Part shown: positions 1 to 9,031 of the stretch, one piece after another
Numbering within the stretch: position 1 is the stretch's first letter
How the letters are laid out: each line of letters opens with the position of its first letter
DNA from: Zymomonas mobilis subsp. mobilis ATCC 10988
GTDB taxonomy: Bacteria > Pseudomonadota > Alphaproteobacteria > Sphingomonadales > Sphingomonadaceae
Direction: 5' to 3'
Length of the DNA: 32,000 nucleotides
Assembly: GCF_000175255.2 (NCBI RefSeq)
Contig: NC_017262.1
Span: 270,001 to 302,000, forward strand
The notes under the pieces: generated by a model
What the model saw: the letters and a program-made list of their open reading frames with translations, nothing else
Told to the model about the DNA's origin: nothing
The model's database searches: none
Program-made: the position numbers and the translations under genes

Positions 1-392
1 ATTCTCCCTTGCACAAAAGGCCCTCGATCATTCACGCGCACAACCAATCGGCGTCCGGTTTCAAGATTGGTAACCTCGACATAACAAGGAAGCGGTAAGG
101 TTTTATGTGCCGCACTAATGGCATTAGGTGAAAATTTTTCTCCGATAGCCGTTGGATGTCCAGCAAAATCATCTCCATACCACGAGGCATAACCCACTTC
201 GTTATAAGAAGGATCATCCTTGGGGACATAAGTCACGCCGCCGACCGTATAAGGCCGACTGGTTGCCGGACTACGGGGCGCGTGATTATGACTATAGTGA
301 TGTGTTTGAGGGCCTGCACAAGCCGCTACAAACAAAGGTAAAAGAACCGTCCACGGTCGGAAAGAAAAACGAAATTTAGTCTGTGATTGCAT
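1..392 (-). CDS. rlpA: RlpA-like lipoprotein (septal ring lytic transglycosylase family), 5' part only, truncated by the left window edge
   Basis: Translated by hand from ATG at 392..390: MQSQTKFRFSFRPWTVLLPLFVAACAGPQTHHYSHN...EVGYASWYGDDFAGHPTAIGEKFSPNAISAAHKTLPLPCYVEVTNLETGRRLVVRVNDRGPFVQGR. Lipobox VAAC and the classical RlpA motifs (ASWYG, AAHKTLPLP, VTNL, VRVNDRGPF) are present. Open to the edge, hence absent from the ORF track. Confidence 0.93.
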   Translation of the reverse strand, partial: MQSQTKFRFSFRPWTVLLPLFVAACAGPQTHHYSHNHAPRSPATSRPYTVGGVTYVPKDDPSYNEVGYASWYGDDFAGHPTAIGEKFSPNAISAAHKTLPLPCYVEVTNLETGRRLVVRVNDRGPFVQGR

Positions 393-1461
393 CAGCCAGT
401 AACCCCACAGATAAAGCATAAAAATTGGAACAGTTATAATCCAGAATAGCGCGATAATTGGCAGAAACCAGCCATGCGGTTGCCCCTGCCCCGTCCGGTT
501 CTATTAAAGCCATCGATTCATTTTCTGAAGGCATATGACTTCCCATAAAAACAAGACCCAGCTTTCGCCATTCGGATACTGGCTGCCAACGACTTAACCT
601 TGCATAAACACGAGGGCATTTTTGGGAAGGCGTTACAGATTGAATAAGGTTTCGGTCAAGGCTGTCTGGCACCTTCACAGCAATCCCCCAAGGGACATTG
701 GGCTGCCAACCGGCCGTTTTTAGATAATTACCAATAGAGGCTAAGGCATCAATTTCACTCGACCAGATATTTTTTTTACCATCATGATCGCCATCAACGG
801 CAACCCGCAAATAAACACTCGGTAAAAATTGCGGAGATCCCGTTGCACCCGCCCAGCTTCCTTTTAAAAGGCTACGATCGATACCGGAATCAAGGATTTT
901 TAGAGCTGCGATATATTCCTGAACAAAAAGATCACGCCGCCGCCCGTCATAAGCCAGAGTTGCAAGAGACCGTAAAAGATCAAAATTCCCCGAAAATTGA
1001 CCATAGCCACTTTCATGACCATAGATTGACAGCATAATCCCTGCGGGAACGCCGGTTTCTTTTTCAATTTCGGCTAAGTTATTTTGTAAAGCCTGATATT
1101 TTTTCCGGCCATTAGCAATTCTTACCGCATCAACATGACTCGCGGCATAGGGCGCAAAGGGCGGTATAACCGCATTAGCCGTTGGTGATTCCGGTTGATT
1201 GCGATCCAGTTGGATAACGCGGGGATTGGGGGTTAAATCCGAAGCAATACGGTCAAAGGTTTGCGGATTGACTCCGCTCGCCAAAGCTTGAGGCCGAATA
1301 GAAGCCAAGAAATTCCGAAAATCTCTATTGGCTTCCTGATTATTGAGATCGGCAGCTGTCTTTTCCTGCATAGGCACAGGCATATCAGATGATGATTGCG
1401 ATAATGCCGGAAACGTCATCCCGCTCAAGAAAATAGCTGTTATCAGGGGGTATAAACGCAT
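376..1461 (-). CDS. mltB: Lytic murein transglycosylase, MltB family
   Basis: 361 aa with signal peptide; MltB/SLT-type motifs GIMLSIYGHESGYG, LATLAYDGRRR, GSWAGATGSPQFLPS, IGNYLKTAGWQ. Overlaps the rlpA start by 17 nt. Confidence 0.93.
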   Translation of the reverse strand: MRLYPLITAIFLSGMTFPALSQSSSDMPVPMQEKTAADLNNQEANRDFRNFLASIRPQALASGVNPQTFDRIASDLTPNPRVIQLDRNQPESPTANAVIPPFAPYAASHVDAVRIANGRKKYQALQNNLAEIEKETGVPAGIMLSIYGHESGYGQFSGNFDLLRSLATLAYDGRRRDLFVQEYIAALKILDSGIDRSLLKGSWAGATGSPQFLPSVYLRVAVDGDHDGKKNIWSSEIDALASIGNYLKTAGWQPNVPWGIAVKVPDSLDRNLIQSVTPSQKCPRVYARLSRWQPVSEWRKLGLVFMGSHMPSENESMALIEPDGAGATAWLVSANYRAILDYNCSNFYALSVGLLADAITD

Positions 1462-1539
1462 CCTTGCCCAATCCTCATAAAAAAATGATAGAGTATTCTA
1501 TACTATTTTTCAGGAATTGGGATGATAGCAATAAAAGAT

Positions 1540-2559
1540 TTAGCGGTTATGCGGTCTTTCTTTCGCAGCAATTTCGGAAAGAGCCAATAAAGCTGAAGAA
1601 TAATAATCATCCTGATCGGCAATTTTCGCGGTAATGGGTTTATTCATTGCCAGATCAAGAATAGCCATACCTCCTTTTGATAAAGGATAAGGCGCAATAG
1701 CTTGGCTATTCACATCGACCCATGCCGGAACGGGCTGATTATGGGAAAGATAGCTATTCCAATAAATAGCAAAGGGAGCTGCCAAGGCATCTTCTCCCCC
1801 CCAAATCAGATAGAGCGGGATTCTAACGGCATCAAAACCGAAATAAGGTTGCTTGTCGGCGGCGGGTTCAAGATTGCCGTTATTTTTGAAAGCGACCCAA
1901 TCAGTGGGCAACTGTGGCAAACCGAATTTAGCCTTTGCCAATAATTTTTTCCCGCTTTCAATAACATTATGCCAAGCCCCGTTATCAGCCTCATTAAAGG
2001 CTTTTAACGCAGGCCATATATAATAAGAGAAATTCAGAATAACATAATCAGTGCCGGTAAAACCCTGTAAGCCGGGAAGCAGAATGGTTTCACCACCACC
2101 AGAAAGAACCAGCTTCTTACCGATAGATTTTCTAATTGCTTCGGAATCCTGCCCGTAACCGTTCTTTGGCCAACGCTTTTCTGCACGCAATAAAGCCCAT
2201 GCGATCAGAATATCGCCATCCGTCGCATTATTCTGGTCTGATACCGGATTAGATTGGGACGGATCAAAGCGCCATGCAAAAAGTGCCATATCAGGCCGCA
2301 TGAGATGCGTTTTTGTCCACTGCCACAAAGCATCAAAGGTCGCTTTATCATGGGCAGCTTCTGCTTGTATCATGCCATAGCCCTGTCCTTCGCTATGACT
2401 GATATTTCCATTACCGCTATCTGAAATCCGGCCATCTTTAAAAAAGCGACTCTTGAATAATGTCCAATTATCAGCTTCGGCCGCTTTACCCTTCCGACAG
2501 GCTACCAGCAAAGGGACGCTTACCAAAGTGGAAAGGATAAAACGACGACTATAGGTCAT
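1540..2559 (-). CDS. bcsZ: Endo-1,4-beta-glucanase, glycoside hydrolase family 8 (BcsZ-like), likely lipoprotein
   Basis: GH8 motifs SHSEGQGYGM and NNATDGDILIAWALL. The ORF track starts at a TTG at 2580; ATG at 2559 (MTYSRRFILSTLVSVPLLVAC) is preferred because an AAGGGA ribosome-binding-like sequence sits about 9 nt upstream and the signal peptide begins there. Confidence 0.9.
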   Translation of the reverse strand: MTYSRRFILSTLVSVPLLVACRKGKAAEADNWTLFKSRFFKDGRISDSGNGNISHSEGQGYGMIQAEAAHDKATFDALWQWTKTHLMRPDMALFAWRFDPSQSNPVSDQNNATDGDILIAWALLRAEKRWPKNGYGQDSEAIRKSIGKKLVLSGGGETILLPGLQGFTGTDYVILNFSYYIWPALKAFNEADNGAWHNVIESGKKLLAKAKFGLPQLPTDWVAFKNNGNLEPAADKQPYFGFDAVRIPLYLIWGGEDALAAPFAIYWNSYLSHNQPVPAWVDVNSQAIAPYPLSKGGMAILDLAMNKPITAKIADQDDYYSSALLALSEIAAKERPHNR

Positions 2560-2587
2560 GGAGGAGCATCCCTTTTTCAAATTATTG

Positions 2588-2618
2588 ATCGGCCAGAATT
2601 GATATGCTTCTGGCCGAT
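2588..2618. repeat. Perfect 11-bp inverted repeat (possible RNA hairpin) between bcsC and bcsZ
   Basis: atcggccagaa - ttgatatgc - ttctggccgat; arms exactly reverse complementary, 9-nt spacer. Confidence 0.75.
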
Positions 2619-2714
2619 TTTAAGGATTACTACCTGTTGGGTAGCTGAATAGAACAAGATTATAGTTTATTTATAATAACAAATCTTTCATAATTAAAGA
2701 AAATAGAGCTTCAA

Positions 2715-5700
2715 TTAATGTTTATCCGTCTTATCAGCATCCATCGCGTAGTGAATAGACAGTAATTCACGATATTCGCTGTAAGGACCAAAGGTCGTTG
2801 CTCGAATTTCGCCACCCAAAACAGCCGAACGACTTAATCTGTAACTGACAGCCAGACGACCTTCATAACCGGCACCACTATGATGCTGGCCTGGGAATTT
2901 ATTCGCCAGACTATTATTCGCGAGATTGAATTTGTTCATCTGGTTTTGCAGATCATGTTCATTCGCGAAAATGTAGTTACTTCTTTCATAGAAGTTCTGA
3001 TAACCAGGGGCTAATTCTGCATTTAATTTCCAGCGTCCCAGCGTTCCGGTATAGCGCAGCGGGAAAGCCACACTGATAAAGTGGTTCGGACTGAAATAAC
3101 CGCCTTGCGCAAAACTAAAGAAATACTGGTTATTCAAATAATGCTGGTAATTGACGTTTACGCCGATGCTAAAATTAGAAGTTGGCGTATTCAGGAGTGA
3201 ATAATAACCACCGACATTGGCTTCAACCGCATGGTTTTTCTGAACTCTGGTTCCGTTATAGACCCGATAGTTACCTTGGGCATAAAGACCGCTGCCATTG
3301 ACGTCGTAGGATAAACCACCACCGCCGCCGGTTTTCATGACGGAACCCCATGTCAACCCCATAACAGGATCGACCGTTCCGGCATAAGCAATCAAGCTGT
3401 CCATGACAGGACGACGTTCCATAAAGATATGGCCAGTCAAATGGTCTATAATTTGCGGTGACCAGCTTACGCCGCCTTGGATATTGGTTTTTCTGAAGCC
3501 AATTGGGGTCGTACCGATATCCAGACGAATATCTTTGATTTTAATACCCGCATCAAGGGCAACACCGGAAGCCGACTGGTCTTTGACCGGAGCGTACATA
3601 GCCTTGCCACCAGCTGCAATACTGGCGTTAGAGACTAATGGGTTACTACCGAAATAAGGCGCAGCATATTGATCCGGCTGGCCTGCGGTCAAATAAACCG
3701 GCGTTACCGAGAAGAAGCCCCTTACCCGACTACCCAGATTAGTGGATACTTTGGCATTGAAAGCATATTCATTTAAACGGCTGAGGCCATTCTGACCGGA
3801 ATGTTGCCTGAATTCAGGTGTGCCTTCTAAAACGGTTCCGGTATTCAAAGAGAGATGGTCAATCCCGTCATTGATATCCCGCAATAACGGATCATGACTA
3901 CCACCATGTAATCGCGCGGCGGCTGGATAGTTAATCGGATCGGCAACTGCAATGCTTGTATAGGAAGGTGCTTCCAACATCGTGCTTTGACCAAACGCAC
4001 TACCAGGTGAGAAAATATTCCAGCTGTCATATTTCCGTTGCTCGGCCATGTCCCGTTTGATTTTTTCCTGACGCTCATCCTCGTCATCGTAATCATTTGA
4101 CAAGTTGCGGTCAGGGAAAACCCGTGTATTCAGGCTATCAAGCCCATTACCAGAAGAACGACTTCCCGTTGTCTGGTTCGGGAAAGGTAAAGCATTTTGG
4201 GTTGAAGTGAAATTATTGGCCAGCAAAGGCTGCGATGTCTGCGTCTTTTTCGATGAAGATGAAGAAACCGTATGAGCCGCTTTACGTCCTTCATTATAAT
4301 CGGTGTTATCTGCAGCTGCCAAACCCTGTCTGCTGCTATAACTATGGCGACTGGCTGATTTTTCTTCGGATCGATTATGGAAGTTTTCTTCATCCGAAGA
4401 CGCAAATAAAGGATGGGACGAAAAACCAGATGGCTGTTTTACCGCAGGTTGCTGGGGTTTTTGATAGCTTGTGCCATTAGCAAAGCGATCGTTATTTCCG
4501 CCAGACGACCGCGCCGAATGATAAGACGATGTTTGTCCAAAACCGTCATCATAATCGTCACGATTATAATGATAGTCATCACGATCTATATCCGCATCGC
4601 TGTCAGACGAGGCCATTTCAACCTGACTGCGGGTCTGTAAACGACGGAAATCCTCTTCATTGAGCGCAAAAGGATTATAATTATCGCGCGGAAGATTGGG
4701 CGCATCGACAACAATCGGGCTATTGTCATCATTAGCGGCATCAGAAGGTAGATCAGCCGAGCGGCCTTGCCGTACCATTCTCTGATAAACGCGATGCGCT
4801 TTTTTCAGGTCTTTTAAGGCCTGCTCATCATCACTTTTAGATTTTTCAAAGCGAGCAGAGGCTAAATAAACATACGGATTACCGGGCGCTACTTTCTTCA
4901 AACGCCGTAAAGCCTGCTCTGCGCGGTCATCATTCCCCTGCTGTTGCGCAATCGTTAAACTGTTCAACAAAGCTGACGCATCTCTTGGATGGTTCCGCAG
5001 CATATAATGGTAGAGCGATTGCGCTTTATCCGTAAGCCCTGCATCCTGATAAATTCTAGCCAAAACCGGCAAAATATTATCGCCGCCACCCGTTTCTTCC
5101 CAAGCCTGATGCAACACATCAAAAGCAGGCATATAGAGTTTTTTCTGGCGCATCATATCAGCACGAGCAATCGCCAAGGTGCGGTTAAGCATCTTATAAC
5201 CATTCTGGTCATGACGAGACATCTCAGATGCAATCTGGCTGATAAAATCGCTGGCTGTATCATAATGGCCGGTTCGGATCAGAACGGACAGGCTGGCTTG
5301 ATAGTCATTCGCCTCACCCAAGGGCAAAGACAAACTATGCTCGGCTAAAAATGCCGCATCTTCGACATCACCCAATTGCAATAAGCCATCGGCAATCATA
5401 CCCAGCTGGGGAATACTACGATTGGGATCATTCGCCAAAGAACGCAACAGACCGATGGCATCACCACGCCGCCCATAAAGGCTCATCCGTTTTGCACGCG
5501 CCAAAGCAATATTGATATCGGCAGATTCAGCAATCTGGTTAATCAAAGGCGTGCGGGCATCATCAGGGATACGTTCAATCAAGCTAATGACATGCCGATT
5601 ATCGCCCATTTCCTGCCAAAACAGACTGGCGGCATAAATCGCTTCTTCAGAAGAGGCCTGATCTTCCAAAGGCCGTATTAAGCTGACTGCTTCTGGGCGA

Positions 5701-6719
5701 TGCCCTTCTTTTAATAACAGTCGAGCATAATCAAGACGCAACCATGGATTGGCAATATCATTGGCAATAGCTGTCCTGAAATACTGCTCTGCATGGGCAT
5801 AATCACCTTGGGATAAGGCGCGCCGTGCTTTGATGCTGTTTTCTTGGCTCCGTAAACGGGCAACTGTCACGGCATCGGCAGAATTACCTAATTTATCATA
5901 AAGCGCCATTGCCTTGTCGAATTGTCCCTGACGCGCATAGATATCAGCCAACAGAGCATTAGAAACATTCGCATCGCCGCCCTGCTGATTTTGTAATTGC
6001 TCTAAAATGGACTGGGCTTTGTCAAGCTGGTTTGCTCGGCTAGCCGCTTGGGCTTCCTCAAAACGCCCATAGAAACGCGCCGAAGACAAGGCATTCGCCC
6101 AGTGATACCCTTCCTTATCAGAAGAGGCTTCTTCCAAATAACGGATGGCTTCAGCATAACGATGTTGTTTTAAGCGAATAATACCCAAGCCACCCAAGGC
6201 ATCCTTGTCATGAGCATAAAGCGCTAAAGCCCGTCTAAAACGCTGTTCGGCAATATCAAGCTGATTATTTTTAAACGCATTAAAGCCTTCAAGCCGGATG
6301 CATCCGGCTCGTGCAGAAGGCGTTAACCCCGTCGGAAAAGAACGGCCACCCTGCCCAGTCACAATTTTGGTTGGAGCATTATTGGGACTGTTGTCGCTTT
6401 CAGGGGCTGCCGGAACGAAGGTTGATTCCTGCAAGGCCTGTTTGGCCATTTTATTATTAGGGTCAATTTCGAGCAATCTCTGCCACGCATTGGCGGCAAG
6501 ATCATTCCGGCCTCTATTTTTCCAGAAAATCGCCTGATGACGCAATAACTGGATCGCACTACCACTGCCTGCGGTTGCCCCCGTTTGGGTCGCGCCCGTT
6601 TTATTATCCGGCGTTGGGTTCTTGCTGACACTGGCTGGCAAGGGATCCACAGCCAAGGATCCCAGCATCATGGCACCAGCCAGAGAGGAAGCGAGAGTAA
6701 TGCCTGTTATGCGTTTCAT
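2715..6719 (-). CDS. bcsC: Cellulose synthase subunit C: TPR periplasmic scaffold plus outer-membrane beta-barrel domain
   Basis: 1334 aa, N-terminal TPR repeats, long polar linker, C-terminal barrel domain with BCSC_C character. Start overlaps bcsB stop (ATGA). Confidence 0.93.
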   Translation of the reverse strand: MKRITGITLASSLAGAMMLGSLAVDPLPASVSKNPTPDNKTGATQTGATAGSGSAIQLLRHQAIFWKNRGRNDLAANAWQRLLEIDPNNKMAKQALQESTFVPAAPESDNSPNNAPTKIVTGQGGRSFPTGLTPSARAGCIRLEGFNAFKNNQLDIAEQRFRRALALYAHDKDALGGLGIIRLKQHRYAEAIRYLEEASSDKEGYHWANALSSARFYGRFEEAQAASRANQLDKAQSILEQLQNQQGGDANVSNALLADIYARQGQFDKAMALYDKLGNSADAVTVARLRSQENSIKARRALSQGDYAHAEQYFRTAIANDIANPWLRLDYARLLLKEGHRPEAVSLIRPLEDQASSEEAIYAASLFWQEMGDNRHVISLIERIPDDARTPLINQIAESADINIALARAKRMSLYGRRGDAIGLLRSLANDPNRSIPQLGMIADGLLQLGDVEDAAFLAEHSLSLPLGEANDYQASLSVLIRTGHYDTASDFISQIASEMSRHDQNGYKMLNRTLAIARADMMRQKKLYMPAFDVLHQAWEETGGGDNILPVLARIYQDAGLTDKAQSLYHYMLRNHPRDASALLNSLTIAQQQGNDDRAEQALRRLKKVAPGNPYVYLASARFEKSKSDDEQALKDLKKAHRVYQRMVRQGRSADLPSDAANDDNSPIVVDAPNLPRDNYNPFALNEEDFRRLQTRSQVEMASSDSDADIDRDDYHYNRDDYDDGFGQTSSYHSARSSGGNNDRFANGTSYQKPQQPAVKQPSGFSSHPLFASSDEENFHNRSEEKSASRHSYSSRQGLAAADNTDYNEGRKAAHTVSSSSSKKTQTSQPLLANNFTSTQNALPFPNQTTGSRSSGNGLDSLNTRVFPDRNLSNDYDDEDERQEKIKRDMAEQRKYDSWNIFSPGSAFGQSTMLEAPSYTSIAVADPINYPAAARLHGGSHDPLLRDINDGIDHLSLNTGTVLEGTPEFRQHSGQNGLSRLNEYAFNAKVSTNLGSRVRGFFSVTPVYLTAGQPDQYAAPYFGSNPLVSNASIAAGGKAMYAPVKDQSASGVALDAGIKIKDIRLDIGTTPIGFRKTNIQGGVSWSPQIIDHLTGHIFMERRPVMDSLIAYAGTVDPVMGLTWGSVMKTGGGGGLSYDVNGSGLYAQGNYRVYNGTRVQKNHAVEANVGGYYSLLNTPTSNFSIGVNVNYQHYLNNQYFFSFAQGGYFSPNHFISVAFPLRYTGTLGRWKLNAELAPGYQNFYERSNYIFANEHDLQNQMNKFNLANNSLANKFPGQHHSGAGYEGRLAVSYRLSRSAVLGGEIRATTFGPYSEYRELLSIHYAMDADKTDKH

Positions 6720-9031
6720 TCTTCGGACTCATCGTTTTCTGAAACCTCCGTCGTGGAGGCATGCTTAAGCCGGCGTTTTTGCTGAATTCTAAGAAGGGTT
6801 CCGATCGGAACAGCCAGCAGAAGCGCGACGCATAACGTTAACACAATCATTACTAACGGATGGTTACTAATCCAGTAACCAATCCATAACCAAAATGGAA
6901 CAGAACCGCGCCAATATAATGATCCGACCTGAAAACTCCGTATTCCGTTAATGGTATTCAGGGCGAGATCGCCTTTTATTTGTCCATCATTTTGTTTTTT
7001 ATCAAAGGCCTGAACAAAATCCGGTAATTTATTCTGGTCTAGCGCAAGTAAAGCGACCGCATCATGACTTTGGTCAAAGGGCGAACGCCATGCCATCAAA
7101 CCTTCAAATTCAGGTGAAGAAATCGTCGCAGCGACATCCTGATCGGGATAGGTCGGGACATCAGGGCTGGTCATATGAAGGAAACTAGAAAAACGACTGG
7201 ATAACAGCCGTTCTTTCAAAGTCATATGCTGGCCATTCCACCGAACTGGAGCATTCTCCAAAAGATTATTTTCAGCCAAAGCGGGGCCACCAATAATTAA
7301 AACATCCCGTCCTTTGAGACGATCAGGATTAACACCTTCTTGAACTGCGACACGGGTAACGGCGGCACCGGTAGAACTACCAAAACGTGCCATTAAACCG
7401 AGATAAGCCTGAATAGCGCCTGCTGTTGGGTGATCTTCCATCAAGACGGTGGTTTCACCTAAATCTGCTAGTTTGGTGAACGGATATCCCGCACCGGCAA
7501 ATAATCCCAAATCAGGTAAACGTGCCAAATGATGGGCATGCATCAGGTTAATACTGCTGTCGGGGTCGATAGATGAACGGACGTTATTCGGCAAAACAGC
7601 CTGACAACGCCCCTTATCGGCTAACTGCAAATCATAGAAAAAGCTAAGATAGTTGTTTGGCGCAATAGTATAGGCTGGGATGGTGCGGCTTCCGTGATTG
7701 CGGATACCGACGGCTCCATCACGTCCTAATAATCTATCTATCCATGTTTTTTCGCCAATCGGCAAAGTCGAAACATATTGCGAGTTAAGCGATATATCTA
7801 AACGCGAACGTTTTCTATCGAGCCAACTTCCATAAGGATAGCGATAATTCACTTTCATTCTGGGACCCGAATAAGGCCAGAAGAAAAGATCAGGGGCTGA
7901 TTTAAAGTTCACTTCCAAAGGCCCCGGCATAATACTGTTACCGATCAGGTCTTGGGGAGAATGAACTAATTCCGAAAGTTTCACAGGCCGATCGGTTCTA
8001 ATCCATTTCGGCGCCTCATAAGGCTTGTAGCTCGGAATTTTAACGTCATCGACGACAACCCGCTGCCCTTCCAAAGAAGCGCTTCTGGTAGCTAGAACCG
8101 CCGCCGCTTGTTTTAATTCCTCACCATTCCGTCCCATGACAACAAGAAGCTGTCCCGTGGCATCATTGGGGTTTTTAACAATCGCAATCGTTGGGCCCGT
8201 AATATGGTCGTCGCCCAATTCAGCGATCGAATTGCGACCTGTTGTGAAAACAATCGCATTTCCAGCAGGAATACCATCTGTCACAGGCGTGAAAGCGGCA
8301 CCTTTAAATCCACGAGAACTCCCAATCCATGAAGAGACAAAGCCCGCAGCTTCCAACATATCTTCATTGGGTGCTGAACGGAAAACAAAAGGCAGATTAA
8401 GGCGTTTTGTATCAAATCTGTCAAAGAAAGGCGCAGGCAAACGTTCCAGATCAGCCTGAACCGGCGTTTTGACCATCTCCAGATCGAGGAAAGACCGTTT
8501 ATTGGAAATATTCATCCATAGCGAGCTATGCACTGGATCTTCGCAATCGCGGGTATAATGGCCAATAAAACGAAGATTGATACGATTTTCGCCCGGCAGG
8601 AAGATAGCCGGATCAACCGGAAGAACAATTTCCAAACCATTCGCATTTTCACGCAACAGCGGCACCGATCGAATAACTTCGTTATTCACCAAGACCACAA
8701 GATGGCTAAGATCACTTAACAAAGCCGGAGAATACGTAACGTTAAGGCGCAGACTGGCTTTGGCGACAGTTTCGTCATTTTTCAGGCCGAAGGGAATCCC
8801 CATTTCACCGATGACGCCCACCAGATGGATCGTCTGACCGATTCCCATACTTTCAAAAGAGAGATGCCCTTGATGCGCTGTTGCTGGAACAATGCTATCT
8901 AATGCCGCATCGGATGTATTAACAACGCGCTTGGTTTTGACCGCTGCCGCACCGGCACTCTGGTCATAAGAAACGCCTGATAATGTGAGCAACATCAGAC
9001 TGGCTACGGTTGCTTTTTTGGCTTTTGTCAT
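6716..9031 (-). CDS. bcsB: Cellulose synthase regulatory/periplasmic subunit B
   Basis: 771 aa with signal peptide, LSFESMGIGQTIHLVG..., NMWSNISNKRSFLDLE-type region, single C-terminal transmembrane helix; directly downstream of bcsA (ATGA overlap). Confidence 0.95.
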   Translation of the reverse strand: MTKAKKATVASLMLLTLSGVSYDQSAGAAAVKTKRVVNTSDAALDSIVPATAHQGHLSFESMGIGQTIHLVGVIGEMGIPFGLKNDETVAKASLRLNVTYSPALLSDLSHLVVLVNNEVIRSVPLLRENANGLEIVLPVDPAIFLPGENRINLRFIGHYTRDCEDPVHSSLWMNISNKRSFLDLEMVKTPVQADLERLPAPFFDRFDTKRLNLPFVFRSAPNEDMLEAAGFVSSWIGSSRGFKGAAFTPVTDGIPAGNAIVFTTGRNSIAELGDDHITGPTIAIVKNPNDATGQLLVVMGRNGEELKQAAAVLATRSASLEGQRVVVDDVKIPSYKPYEAPKWIRTDRPVKLSELVHSPQDLIGNSIMPGPLEVNFKSAPDLFFWPYSGPRMKVNYRYPYGSWLDRKRSRLDISLNSQYVSTLPIGEKTWIDRLLGRDGAVGIRNHGSRTIPAYTIAPNNYLSFFYDLQLADKGRCQAVLPNNVRSSIDPDSSINLMHAHHLARLPDLGLFAGAGYPFTKLADLGETTVLMEDHPTAGAIQAYLGLMARFGSSTGAAVTRVAVQEGVNPDRLKGRDVLIIGGPALAENNLLENAPVRWNGQHMTLKERLLSSRFSSFLHMTSPDVPTYPDQDVAATISSPEFEGLMAWRSPFDQSHDAVALLALDQNKLPDFVQAFDKKQNDGQIKGDLALNTINGIRSFQVGSLYWRGSVPFWLWIGYWISNHPLVMIVLTLCVALLLAVPIGTLLRIQQKRRLKHASTTEVSENDESEE

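Noticed and set aside
1-100. Apparent frameshift in the rlpA fragment
   Set aside because: A first reading with an extra base suggested a frameshift. Re-reading the line junction at 60/61 and checking against the ORF-track peptide (LPILKPDADWLCA) showed CTTGAAACCGGACGC, which keeps rlpA in frame.
1461-1540. Imperfect AT-rich stem (aaaaatgatagagtattctatactattttt) between bcsZ and mltB
   Set aside because: Weak, bulged, AT-only pairing; cannot be distinguished from background AT-richness.
8136-8459. ORFs antisense to bcsA/B/C (for example 8136..8459 +, 9424..9837 +, 4989..5348 +, 3845..4096 -)
   Set aside because: They lie opposite or out of frame with well-supported genes, with compositions typical of antisense translation.
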